A stretch of DNA of 63,914 bases from Octopus bimaculoides (GCF_001194135.2 NC_068983.1:25230898-25294811), one strand, 5' to 3'; shown: positions 1 to 12,048, counted from the stretch's first letter. Notes: generated from the letters alone by a model not told the origin. Numbers and translations: made by a program.

Positions 1-452
1 ATCCGGTCTATTATGTCTGCCCTTTATTGAGGTTTTTATTGGGACATTCCACCAATACTCTTTCATATTGTGAGTGGTAATGGCCTCTACCTCATTATGG
101 GTTTTCATCTCCTTAGCCCCGGGGTTATCATGTCGGCGGATTTCATTGTACAGTGTATTGGCCACAACATCATGTCTCATAAGTAGGTAATACCTTAATG
201 ACATTTTTGGACAGCTGCTAATGATGCGGGTGATATCTTCGATACTGATTCCACAGAGTCTGCATCGATTATTACATTGTGGCGCTTTGCCCGCCTCTCT
301 GTCCCGTTTGTTTATTAGGAATTTGGTTGCTATTTCTTGTTCTTGAATAGCAAAGGCATACCCTTCAAAGTGAGAGTTGGTGACCCGATTGTTTGTCCAC
401 GATAGACTGCTCTGGTTGTCAATGTTGTTATCACCCTGGAGCTTTCTGTTAA
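1..452 (-). mobile_element. R4/Dong-like RLE non-LTR retrotransposon fragment (post-RT region, CCHC knuckle, start of restriction-like endonuclease); runs off window start
   Basis: Manual minus-strand translation is open: ...SHFEGYAFAIQEQEIATKFLINKRDREAGKAPQCNNRCRLCGISIEDITRIISSCPKMSLRYYLLMRHDVVANTLYNEIRRHD...EYWWNVPIKTSIKGRHNRPD. The AIQEQ, CRLC..H/RII..C, RHD and NRPD motifs are typical of R4/Dong-type RLE elements. Missed by the ORF track (no start codon). Confidence 0.85.
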
Positions 453-560
453 CGTTATGTATGTATGTATGTATGTATCTGTGTATGTATGTATGTATGT
501 ATGGATGGATGGATGGATTCATGTATGTATGTATGTGTGTGTGTGTGTGTGTGTGTGCTT

Positions 561-773
561 GTGTCTGTGTTTGTCCCATCACCACCACCATTGCTTGACA
601 AACGATGTTGGTGCGTTTGCGTCCCTTTAATTTAGTTGTTCAGCAGAAGAGGCTGATAGAATAAGCACCAGGCTTACAGGGAATAAGTCCAGAGGTCAAT
701 TTCTTCGACTAAAGGGTGGTGCTCCAGCATGGCCACCGTCAAATGACTGAAAAACCTAAAGAATAAAAGAATA
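561..773 (+). mobile_element. 3' half of a bipartite tRNA-derived SINE, downstream of (TATG)n/(GT)n
   Basis: gtttgtcc...ttgcttgacaa...ggtgctccagcatggcc...aatgactgaaa...gaataaaagaata matches the tail that follows the SINE head at 49638-49915 and the minus-strand tail at 10163-10250. Confidence 0.7.
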
Positions 774-925
774 CCAGTAAAACGTTCCGTACCACTTAAT
801 CAAGAAGATTCATTGACTATGTACGATGTATTTTAGGGTTAAATAGTAATTCCATTTACGTTTGTGTAACAGATATTTTGGTTGGATTATATAGTCATTG
901 GTGTTACATTATTTTCTATATTCTT

Positions 926-1034
926 GATTAGATCGGCCCCAGTATACAACTGGTACTTAATTTATCGACCTCGAAGAGACGAAAGGCAAAGTCGACTTCG
1001 GCAGAATTTGAACTCAGAACGTACAGACAGACGG
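926..1034 (-). mobile_element. tRNA-derived SINE (most abundant family in window), partial
   Basis: ctggtacttaatttatcgacc..gaaa..gaaaggcaaagtcgac..cggcagaatttgaactcagaacg, shared with many copies such as 41548-41774. Confidence 0.8.
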
Positions 1035-1227
1035 TCATAATATGCAAACGTTTCTCATGGCACCAGTACACTGTTTACAGATGCTTACATTGTTTATGTT
1101 TTCTGTGAATTTTTCACGGGTCCAGCTAGTATAATATTATGCTAATAAAGTAACATATGTCAGTATATAACTGCGTGTGAGCCCTTGTATGTTTGTGTGT
1201 GTGTGTATGTGTGTGTATGTGTGTGTG

Positions 1228-1262
<35 letters not shown>

Positions 1263-3199
1263 GNNNNNNNNNNTGTGTGTGTGTGTGTGTGTGTGTATGT
1301 ATGCCTGCTTGCTTGCTTGCGCGTATGTGTGAATGTACATCTAAGCACACATGCACATTCGTATAAGTACGGATGCATACACGCAGATATATGGGCATAT
1401 ATAAGTACATACATACATATATACCCTCACATTTATTACCCCGTACTGATCCTTGTCTACCACGCGATCGATTTCCTGTTCACCATGCGGTATTTTCCAA
1501 CTAATTGTTCTCGCTAAAAATACCAACATCAAACCGCTATACTGTATGACAAATTTTCTCTAATATGACAAATTTTCTCTAATAAAGGAAAAATATCTAA
1601 TGACCATTAGCTGTAGCTTGTCTTATATCATTTTGTGTAAAAACTAGTTTATCACGAACCCAGCCACGCGTTTGTAATATATAATTGTAATGAACCATAA
1701 CCTTAGACCCTGCCATATGAATAGTTTAAGTTCTTTACTAATCTAGACACTATTGTTAGCCTGGTGTGACAACAGATAGCTCATGAAGTATTTTGTCTAG
1801 ATTGATAATCCGTCACTATTAGCTCTATTATATATGTGTGTGTTTGTGCGTGTGTGTGTGCATGTGTGTGTATACATATACGTGAATCTGTCAGTGTATA
1901 AGTGTATGTACCTGTGTATGTACGGCTGAACACTTTCTATGCAAAGACCTCTGTACAAACTACAAGAGAAGGTAAGTGAGTTATTCTCGATGCTGAGAAT
2001 AGAGTATTGCATTGATATTATATTTTTAAAGAGGGAATCTAGATTTCGTAACACTAAGGCGCTTGTGTCTGAATAATAAAGCAAGCTGCTGTAAAAAAAA
2101 AGTAAGAATGAACTCAATAAAGAAGCATTTTATTGGATGTGTGTTTAAAGATAAATTGGAAGAAATAAATAGATATTATTTTGTGTATAGAAGAACAAAT
2201 GAAATATTTCATTTGAAATGTATAAAATAAAGAAGAAATAGCGATAAAATTCAATCTCAAGGCCGTGTAGATACTGTTATTCATGCTTAAGTAGTACTAT
2301 ATCAAAGAATGGGAGAAAAAGCAACTAAAAAAAAGCAGGAAATGGAAGTGATACAATACCCTAATGAGAAAAAAAACAAAAAAAAAAACAATGAGTAAGA
2401 GAAACATTCGCTGATTTTGGAACAATTTCATAATGTATTTTTCATTTATAAAACCATGTATGCAGAAGCCCGCAACTAACACGACACAAACATTGTTGAA
2501 CAAGAAGGATAGTTATGTACAGATGAAACCAAATTGAAATAGAAATCACGCACAAAATTTCGTTGTGAAATTTTCTACAGCGGACGCGACCGACGAACAT
2601 TTTTCTATTTGCATTGTGTTAATTTAAGCATCAAGCACACAATCATTGTTTATTCCGTTCAAGTTATTCGCATTATGCAAGTATAGGGATATTAAAATCT
2701 TTTCGGTGAAGCAAAAATGAGAATTCAGATCTTATCTGATGTTCCTCAGCTTGTGAATCTCGCTCACTCTTATTCGTGTTCTCTCTCTTTCTCACTCTGT
2801 GAGACTGTATACATACATATATACATAATACATAATACATACATACATACGCATGCATACCATGCATACACATACATATATATACATACATATACATACA
2901 TATATACACACATGTATACAGACAGGTACACTTATACAGATACATAAATATTTATATATATATNNNNNNNNNNNNNNNNNNNNNNNNNNNNNNNNNNCAT
3001 ATATATGTACATAGACCCATACATACGACCATATATATACATATATGTATGCATATATATACATATATATGTGTATATATGTGTATATATTTGTGTGATT
3101 GATCTACTGTACAACATACACATATAGGTGTACTTATACGAATGAATGCGGACCGTTTTCTTACTGTATAGATGAAATATTTTTATTCACACATACGCG

Positions 3200-3240
<41 letters not shown>

Positions 3241-3674
3241 ATTCACACACAAACATACACAAACACACAAATACATGCACACGGACACACCACATATACA
3301 CACATATATATCAATAAGAATTTTATATATTACATATGTTTATCAAGTGTATTTCTATGTGTGCATTCTGTTTGTGTATGTGTCCGTCTATATATGTACC
3401 AGAGAATATATCTAGGCCTGTATATCTCCCCATATAAATATATTTTTTAAATTCTGTGTGTTTATTACAAAGTCGATTTTCCTCTTTCATCATATAAGCA
3501 CTTCAGAAGAGTTTGATATTTTAAATTTCTATATCCCTGCAGTCATCACTCATAATTACACTTTTTCTCTGTTAGCAATAATTCAATATCCATTCTCCCA
3601 TCTCCGAGATACCACTATGATGTAGAGACGACAAACGGGATAGTTGGTAAACAAGGTGGAGAACGGAGAGTGTT

Positions 3675-4275
3675 CACGAGATGCTTTCAAGAAGTATCCG
3701 ACTTTATTTTTTTCCACATCAACTAATGCTGCGTAGGCGAAATCTTTTGGGTGGAAGGTGATATCATTCGTCTTAAGCTTGCATAAAAATATTTACGCCG
3801 GAAGGCCGCACCAGTTCCCAGTTGTTACGCCTAGAGTACAAACTTGTAGTATGCGTTCGTCGAAGTTTCATTATCACTGAACGCATGGAGCAGAGATATT
3901 GCATCACGTTTTAGGAAAAGCTCGGTAATACTCAAGGTGAAGCCATCCAGAAGATTCAGCAGACTTTTGGCGATAATGCCATTGGCAAAATTCAGATGAA
4001 GCAGGCCTTCCACAAGCCTAGATGAGGAGCCCATTGAGAAGGTTCGGCGAATAGTCATGGAAGACCGTCGTGTAACAATCCAGTAAATTGATCATGAAGT
4101 GGGAATAAGGACAACATCAGTGCATTCCATTTTAACGGGGGATCTGAGCGTGTGAACTGTCGGCGAAATTCATCAACAAGGTGCTGGCGGAGCAGGAGGA
4201 GCAATTCTGCATGGAAGTCGCCCATGACACGCTGGACAGTGTCCACCACGACCCAGAAATCATGAAGACCATCAT
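3675..4275 (+). mobile_element. mariner transposon relic, 5' half (irritans-like), 3' truncated at a (TA)n
   Basis: TIR-like start cacgag...aagtatccgacttt. Frameshifted transposase pieces: MEQRYCI, GEAIQKIQQTFGDNA, EKVRRIVMEDRRVTI, SAKFINKVLAEQE, MEVAHDTLDSVHHDPEIMKTII (ends just before the TGDE motif). Confidence 0.8.
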
Positions 4276-4571
4276 ATATATATATGAGCAAGTTCAGGCA
4301 TGCGTGTGTATTCAAATGTATATATATATGCACACATGTATTGATAGAGATCGACAGACAGATTGATGCACAGAATTATAAATTAATTATTCATCTGGAA
4401 AATTTTAGCTAATATTTGTCGCCTCAAATTCAAATAACAGTGTTTGGTAGGCTAAATGATGTATTTAGAACAACAAATTAAAGCAGTTCTATATGTAAGC
4501 GATGACGAATTATGTACATTATTGACATTATCCAAATTTGACGGATTTTTATCCTCATCTTGTTTGTTGTT

Positions 4572-4617
4572 AACACAAGGTTTCGGCTGATTTACCCTCC
4601 AGCCTTCATCAGGTGTA
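4572..4617 (-). ncRNA. minimal type I hammerhead ribozyme motif (near-intact)
   Basis: Minus strand reads UACAC-CUGAUGA-A-GGCUG(GAGGGUAAAU)CAGCC-GAAA-CCUU-GUGUU. Core, 5-bp stem II and stem I are present. The stem III palindrome is mutated (ACCU instead of ACGU). Confidence 0.7.
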
Positions 4618-4651
4618 TTGGAGAAATTTCGAACCTGGGTTCTCGTTCCAC

Positions 4652-4728
4652 GGGCATATGGCGTAGTGGTTAAGAGAGCGGGCTATTAACCCTAAGGTTT
4701 GGAGTTCGATTCCAGGCAGTGACCTGAG
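4652..4728 (+). promoter_or_regulatory. tRNA-derived Pol III internal promoter (A box + B box) inside the PLE module
   Basis: GGGCATA-TGGCGTAGTGG(A box)-TTAAG...GAGTTCGATTCC(B box)-AGGCAGTGACC. D-loop AGTGGTTAAG and the CTACTAA loop seen in the other copies resemble tRNA-Ser(GCU) (inference). No proper acceptor stem or CCA, so not a functional tRNA. Confidence 0.7.
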
Positions 4729-4859
4729 TAATAATAATAATAACAATAATAATAATAATAATAATAATAATAAGAAGAAGAAGAAGAAGAAGAAGAAAAA
4801 TGATGATGATGATGATTATGGTGGTGATGATGATGATGATGATGCTGATGATGATAATG

Positions 4860-4899
<40 letters not shown>

Positions 4900-5689
4900 N
4901 NNNNNNNNNNNNNNNNNNNNNNNNNNNNNNNNNNNNNNNNNNNNNNNNNNNNNNNNNNNNNNNNNNNNNNNNNNNNNNNNNNNNNNNNNNNNNNNNNNNN
5001 NNNNNNNNNNNNNNNNNNNNNNNNNNNNNNNNNNNNNNNNNNNNNNNNNNNNNNNNNNNNNNNNNNNNNNNNNNNNNNNNNNNNNNNNNNNNNNNNNNNN
5101 NNNNNNNNNNNNNNNNNNNNNNNNNNNNNNNNNNNNNNNNNNNNNNNNNNNNNNNNNNNNNNNNNNNNNNNNNNNNNNNNNNNNNNNNNNNNNNNNNNNN
5201 NNNNNNNNNNNNNNNNNNNNNNNNNNNNNNNNNNNNNNNNNNNNNNNNNNNNNNNNNNNNNNNNNNNNNNNNNNNNNNNNNNNNNNNNNNNNNNNNNNNN
5301 NNNNNNNNNNNNNNNNNNNNNNNNNNNNNNNNNNNNNNNNNNNNNNNNNNNNNNNNNNNNNNNNNNNNNNNNNNNNNNNNNNNNNNNNNNNNNNNNNNNN
5401 NNNNNNNNNNNNNNNNNNNNNNNNNNNNNNNNNNNNNNNNNNNNNNNNNNNNNNNNNNNNNNNNNNNNNNNNNNNNNNNNNNNNNNNNNNNNNNNNNNNN
5501 NNNNNNNNNNNNNNNNNNNNNNNNNNNNNNNNNNNNNNNNNNNNNNNNNNNNNNNNNNNNNNNNNNNNNNNNNNNNNNNNNNNNNNNNNNNNNNNNNNNN
5601 NNNNNNNNNNNNNNNNNNNNNNNNNNNNNNNNNNNNNNNNNNNNNNNNNNNNNNNNNNNNNNNNNNNNNNNNNNNNNNNNNNNNNNNNN

Positions 5690-5762
<73 letters not shown>

Positions 5763-5809
5763 TCGAAAAATACCTTAGGAATGGGAACCTAGGTTCGAAC
5801 TTTCCTCAA

Positions 5810-5855
5810 GACACCTGATAAATGCTGGAGGGTATATCAGCCGAAATGCTGTGTT
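5810..5855 (+). ncRNA. degenerate hammerhead motif (right arm of copy A)
   Basis: GACAC-CTGATAA-A-TGCTG..CAGCC-GAAA-TGCT-GTGTT. Core G8 and stem III are mutated, so probably inactive. Confidence 0.55.
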
Positions 5856-7325
5856 AACAACAAACAAGATGAGGACAAATATCCGTCAAATGTATATAAT
5901 GTAAATAATGAACAAATTAAACTTTATTTACATGTATATAAGTATTGTTGCAACACTCCACAATTTCATTAAAAATGTTAATGGAACTATTTTTTGAGAT
6001 CTTAGCTACATTTAAGATTACAATATTTAATCTGATGATATCTACGCGTGTCAGTTAAACCATATTCTGAATTTATTAATGCTGTCCATATTTATAGAAT
6101 ATGTCAGCAAATTTAACTATAGATTTTCTCGTATCGGTGTCTAGTTTGTTGACCTCCAAACTTAATTAATTTGCAATATTGTAATGGTGATGGACTTGCA
6201 GAATCGTTAACACATGAGAAATTGTCATGCAGAGTTGTCTACATCTCTTTAGATTTTGAGTTTAAATCCAGCCTGGTTTAACTTTACTATTCATACTTGT
6301 AGGGACAACAAAATAAGTTGACAGTCGTGTATTGGAGAACGACATAATCGGAGTATTCCTCTAAGGTAGCACGGAATGTATCGGTGAAGGCATGTTTAGT
6401 GTTGTTAAGTAATACAGAACTCTATTAGCATTCAAAATTAGCCAGCAACCAATAGAACCTTAAGTTTAGCTTGAAAATAAAATGGAATAAAAACAGAAAG
6501 ATGGGTTATTTGGTATTGCAACAATTCTTTGGCTAAGAGTTCTTATTTTGATGTAAGCATAGGAATGCAGTATGCACAACATCCATGAGATTATGTTATA
6601 TGTTACGCAACTCTCAATTCACCAAACTAACCAAATAAATAAGCGAGCAGTGACATGTTTATTAATCAACAAATGAACAAGAGAAATCTATAGTCAGAAT
6701 TACCAACATTCAAGAAAGTAAAGTGACTCTGCTTACAATTTGTCAATCAATGAGTATGGATTGCGGAATGATGTTGTCAATGAAAGAACAGTTAAAAGTG
6801 TTCCGATTCCAAAGATGTCATTAAACTTAACAACCTCATTTATAAAGGCTGGTAGTGGCAGATCTTGCTTGTATACAAGCGGATAGCAAGCGCCACGGAT
6901 GACATTTGCCCTCTATCAAGGCATGTTCAAAAGCAGCTGTTAATGATGTTTTAAAAACCCATTTTCTTTGTTATATTGATTTAAAATTTACTACATTAAG
7001 GAGTGACATGTTTAATAAATCCCAGAGCCACTTATTTGTACACTTAATTACCTTTGATAAACGTGCTCCGGTTAATTATAATAAAACTAATAGGATATCA
7101 GTTTTAATGAATGGAAATCCAGTAATTATAATTCAGAGCGAATAAGTTCAGGAAAACTGCAGATCAAGCTTGAAATATGGCGAAATAAATTAATATATAT
7201 ANNNNNNNNNNNNNNNNNNNNNNNNNNNNNNNNNNNNNNNNNNNNNNNNNNNNNNNNNNNNNNNNNNNNNNNNNNNNNNNATATAAACGAATAAACACAT
7301 ACATATATATATATATAACTACTTA

Positions 7326-8527
7326 TACAAGATGTATAAGGTATTTGAGGACATACCTTTTTGGGGTCATTGCTGCATTTTTGCTAACTCGGTATAATCT
7401 TTGCTGCAGAAAATAATGGCAGACCCTCACCTTACTCAAGAAATGAATTGGAATGCGATTATTATGATTATAAGGGCTTGTGATATATAAGTTGCCAGAT
7501 CTTTCGTCAACAAAATTTGTAAGGAGCTAGAAATAGAAGATGGAAAGGTATCACTAATATCAAAGTATTAAAAAGCATTCTAAACGCTCTGAAATCATTA
7601 GAACACCTTAATGTATCCACCAAGTTCAACAGGCCATTGATTACAATCCCAGAAAATCCATGAGGTCAATTGCAGAAGATCTCCATGTGTCGGAAGGAAG
7701 AGTCAAAAATGTCCACGAAGACATCAGATATAAGTCTTACATGATGAGGAAAGGTCAATTTGTCAGAAAAGACAAAAAAAAAATCACTTCATTAGATCTA
7801 AAAGTCTCTTAAACGAACTAAAAATCCAGCAGAAGGTTTAATTTGGTAAACGAGAAAAACGTGGGCCAAGATCAAAAGGTTAAGAGAAGAAATGACAGAT
7901 TATTATGTGCAGATCCTTTTAAAGTTCCAAGTGTGATGCGTACAAAATTACCTGCAACTGTTATGGTTTTAGGGGTTGTCAGCAATGAAGGACATGTGAT
8001 ACCTCCTTACTTCTTTCTACAAGGCCGTTAACTCTACCGCCTTCCAGGTCCATTGAGGTCTTGGAAGTAATTGTTAAGCTCTGGATACACAGTGTATGCA
8101 ATGGAATGCCATATGTGCTTCTGTAATATTCTGCACTATCACACATGGCTCTAGTAACACAGGAATGGATGGCTGAAAATTCTCATGATCACATGACCCC
8201 TAACATTTGGCCTCCTAATTCCCCGGATCTCAATCCATTAGAATATTACATGTAGAGCGTTGTTGAGAGAGGAGTCAATGAACACATCCATAACACCAAA
8301 GATTCCTTGAAAGCTGCCAAAGTCAGGACCACTTGATTCGAGTATGTAGATGGTTTAGATCTTATATAGAAGCTGTTGTTGAAACTGAAGTTGGCTTTAT
8401 TGAATAACATTATAGAGAAGAAGGTTTATTTTTATCCTCATGGCATTTTTTGATAAATAAAGTTACCTGTTATTATATATCTTTTTTTTTATAGACATAA
8501 ATTTGTCCTCAAATATCTTACTCTGTA
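7326..8527 (+). mobile_element. maT/DD37D-like Tc1-mariner transposon, full-length decayed copy
   Basis: Imperfect TIRs (tacaagatgtataaggtatttgaggacata and rc of tttgtcctcaaatatcttactctgta), TA flanks. Transposase remnants: NPRKSMRSIA, EKN..QDQKVKRRNDR, VMRTKLPATVMVLGVVSNEGHVIPP, WPPNSPDLNPLEY (maT-type motif). Many stops and frameshifts. Confidence 0.85.
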
Positions 8528-9299
8528 TATACATGTGTGTGTATGATTGTATTAATGTACCATATGCATATATGAATTCTTATATACGAATATGTAAATC
8601 TATGTGTACAGCTCTCTATCACCGTTTATGTGTGTGTTTATAAATATACATTAAGATACATACACTCACACACACGCAAACCTGCGCATTCACATACATA
8701 CATATGTGCATATGTAAATGTATATTATGCACGAAGGGACAGAGCATCAACAACATAAATAAAGTTCGAGATACTTCAGGAATTATTGCTTATTCTATTA
8801 ACTTGGTTATATGATTAATTTTCATTTGAAGCTAATCATTAAGAAAGCTATTGATACAGAATTCGTTATTGAAATTGGATGTCTTTAAAAAGAGCGTAAT
8901 CTTCTCAAATATAGCATAGAAGAAGTCTTTGATCTCTAAATCTACAGAGCATTGTGTGCCATTTATAAACATATTTAAGTAACACTTAATAACACTTCTG
9001 TATATGAAGTTATTTAAGCGCTTCACTTTCTTTCAAACTCATAAATATAGCTCAGTCTCAAAATTCTGCAATCCTAGCCGCATAATGACACATTCCTTTT
9101 GAAATAATCAGAAACCAAAAAGGAAATGTTTAGCGTGGGCCATTATATGTTACCCCCTTCGGAATTGAAATTGTTTGTAAGAATTTGTCTAACAAAGCCT
9201 CTGTAAGTGCTTCTTATATTTGTGGTCATGCCGATTTGTTGAAACCACACGTGCAACGCATGAATGATACATTTGTTCATTTCATGAAAATGAAGATAT

Positions 9300-9900
9300 G
9301 CGATATTAGCACTTAGAAATCAGAAATCAGTGGTACAATTTGTTTTCCTCCAATAAAATAGAACGAAATAATGGGCTTATTAGAACAATTGTAGTAATAC
9401 GTCTTTATTTTTAACACTTTTTCAGTGAAAACAGCATTCATGTGATTGTCATGGAGTTCGGTCTGAACATTTGTGGTTATCTTGCTCATTTCAACCAGAC
9501 TGATAGCAATGCCCCTCGCCACCACACAGAATAAATTCGTTATTTGCACACGTTGCTATTATGTACTTCTGAAAACATTTTCCAGGCCCAATAATTTTTC
9601 ACATGCACAATAATATTCTTTTCAATATTAAAAATCAATCCAGGCGGGAATATCTTTCTCACTCTCCAATTTGAAATGTCTACTGTATTATCTTTCTTTC
9701 GAGCAAAAATCATCGAGCAAAAATTCACGAGGATCGTCAATATACCAGACACAATAACTAGTAGAGTTTGAGAGTTCACAGAAGCCCTGATTCTTATATT
9801 TATAATGCTAAATCGAGCAACAACAAATTTACTACCATGCTCCATTTCTAAGGCGAAATTTCATTTACATTTTGACCTTCTCAAAAACCTTCGACAAATA
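9300..9900 (-). mobile_element. decayed Penelope-like reverse transcriptase relic
   Basis: Ordered degenerate PLE RT motifs on minus: G.(A)MGSKFVVA, then WYIDD, then IP(F)LD (1-nt deletion), then NLFCVVARGI (thumb, like NIPFxLARRI). Confidence 0.55.
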
Positions 9901-10162
9901 ATGTATTAAATACTTTTAAATGTTGGAGACACCACTACAATTTTATACTTACAGGTACATGAAAATGTAGAAAATCTCAAAACAGATAATTTGACATTCA
10001 CTACTAAAGTCGATCCTTTATCAGCTGTAATGAATGTTTTCATGAGACAAAGAAGTCGCTGTTAGATTAAAATTAACAAAGGCCTTCACAAACATATTTT
10101 CTCTGTTATTATGAGCAAACACATTCATGTTGAGAGTTAAATAAAACTTTAAAAACCGGCAA

Positions 10163-11222
10163 TTTTTTTTTTCTTGTTTTAGTCATTGAATTGCGACCAT
10201 GCTGTAGCGTCTGCTTGACAGGATTAGTTCAACAAATTGACTTTTTAAAGTTTAATAATTATTTCTTCTGTCCCTTTTGCTGGAATTCTAAATTACGGGG
10301 TATGTAAAAAAAACTGATTTTCAAGTGATGCGACAGCAAACACAAAGACAAGAACACACGCGTTCATTTGTAGCTACCTAGCTACCTACCTACCTACCTA
10401 CCTACATACATACATACATACATACATACATACATACATGCATACATTCATATAAGTATCAATCTATATATAATAACAATAATTATATATTATCTAATAA
10501 TATATGCTCCATTTAAAGCGACTAAACCTAAATAATAGACCGAAAAAAGATGAGCCGTATANNNNNNNNNNNNNNNNNNNNNNNNNNNNNNNNNNNNNNN
10601 NNNNNNNNNNNNNNNNNNNNNNNNNNNNNNNNNNNNNNNNNNNNNNNNNNNNNNNNNNNNNNNNNNNNNNNNNNNNNNNNNNNNNNNNNNNNNNNNNNNN
10701 NNNNNNNNNNNNNNNNNNNNNNNNNNNNNNNNNNNNNNNNNNNNNNNNNNNNNNNNNNNNNNNNNNNNNNNNNNNNNNNNNNNNNNNNNNNNNNNNNNNN
10801 NNNNNNNNNNNNNNNNNNNNNNNNNNNNNNNNNNNNNNNNNNNNNNNNNNNNNNNNNNNNNNNNNNNNNNNNNNNNNNNNNNNNNNNNNNNNNNNNNNNN
10901 NNNNNNNNNNNNNNNNNNNNNNNNNNNNNNNNNNNNNNNNNNNNNNNNNNNNNNNNNNNNNNNNNNNNNNNNNNNNNNNNNNNNNNNNNNNNNNNNNNNN
11001 NNNNNNNNNNNNNNNNNNNNNNNGAACACACACATACATATATATATATACATATATACGACGGGCTTCTTTCAGTTTCCGTCTACCAAATCCACTCACA
11101 AGGCTTTGGTCGGCCCAAGGCTATAGTAGAAGACACTTGCACAAGATGCCACGCAGTGGGACTGAACCCGGGACCATGTTGTTGGTAAGCTAGCTACTTA
11201 CCACACAGCCACTCCTACGCCT
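10163..11222 (-). mobile_element. bipartite tRNA-derived SINE with internal microsatellite (head 11058-11222, tail about 10163-10360, N gap inside)
   Basis: Head rc: aggcgtaggagtggctgtgtggtaag...gggttcagtcccactgcgtggcatcttgtgcaagtgtcttc...gaagcccgtcgt (A/B-box-like plus CORE-like ttgggcaagtgtctt). Tail rc: cagcatggtcgcaattcaatgactaaaacaagaaaa. Confidence 0.75.
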
Positions 11223-11233
11223 ATATATATATA

Positions 11234-11925
11234 ATTTAGAGAAGAACTGTCAATATACAATTCAAATAATTAAAGAGTTTAATCACCTTCCAGGAAAACG
11301 TACTCTATAAAATACTAATTTAAAAGTCTATAAGATCAACAAGAAACGTATAAAAATCTATAAAATGCTAATCTAAAAATTTAATTAAACATGAAATTAA
11401 ATTAATAAAATAAAATGTAATAGGTTAACTACGCGCGTTTCGTGGCTACATTAAAGCAGAAAAAATGAATACAATTCAAAATAAATTGATTTAGATTAAA
11501 TTCTACTGAAAAATATTGTCACTCTTCAGGTCTATAATAAAATAAAAATTCATATTACGTATCATACCACATAATTAATAAAAATATCAGTACATCTAGA
11601 AAAACTCTTGTTAGTACAATAAATGAAATGAAAGCATTTAATAATAATAATACTTAACGCTAAAGGCATAATTTATCTACTAAAATAGTAACTGTGGTCT
11701 AAGAGTAATCATCTATTATGAAAAGAAATAAATGTAAAAAAAATAGTGTTATTCAATAAATAAATGCGAACGTTGAACAATGTTAATAAAATTAAAGGCA
11801 TGACTTATCTTATCGTCGAACCACTGTGAAATCAGATTTTAAATTTAATGCGTAAAATTTATAAGAAATTTATCACGTGGACTCTTTCATTGTTTGAATT
11901 ATATATTGGCGGTTCTTCTCTAAAT
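11234..11925. mobile_element. about 690-bp AT-rich element bounded by 45-bp inverted repeats and containing a hammerhead; PLE-derived
   Basis: 11234-11278 vs reverse complement of 11881-11925: 40/45 identical. Internal HHR at 11426-11533. Confidence 0.6.
11426..11533 (-). ncRNA. type I hammerhead motif with long insertion in stem-loop II
   Basis: Minus strand: GAC-CUGAAGA-GUGACAAUAUU[about 65 nt AU-rich]AAUGUAGCCAC-GAAA-CGCGCG-UA-GUU. Palindromic stem III ACGCGCGU, GUA cleavage triplet. Confidence 0.6.
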
Positions 11926-12014
11926 CATATTTATATACATATATTATATATTGTGAAATTCAATTTGGTATTACTAAACTGAATATTCCTCTAAGTTTCG
12001 ATTTATACATTCCC

Positions 12015-12048
<34 letters not shown>

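Larger units (their letters stand above)
4507..5917 (+). mobile_element. PLE-terminal module copy A: inverted 3' arm + tRNA-like head + microsatellite/N gap + spacer + HHR + tail
   Basis: 4507-4650 is the reverse complement of part of 5761-5917. tRNA-like head at 4652-4728. Same architecture as the gap-free copy at 42180-42732. Confidence 0.75.

Noticed and set aside
1900-1976. Perfect plus-strand donor AAG/GTAAGT after MQRPLYKLQEK
   Set aside because: Only 11 codons, with no convincing acceptor or partner exon; expected by chance.
4800-5792. Long ORFs in the track (poly-I/L/X, poly-YI, poly-HT, poly-CV, poly-D/N/M) here and throughout the window
   Set aside because: They are translations of microsatellites and N gaps, not genes.
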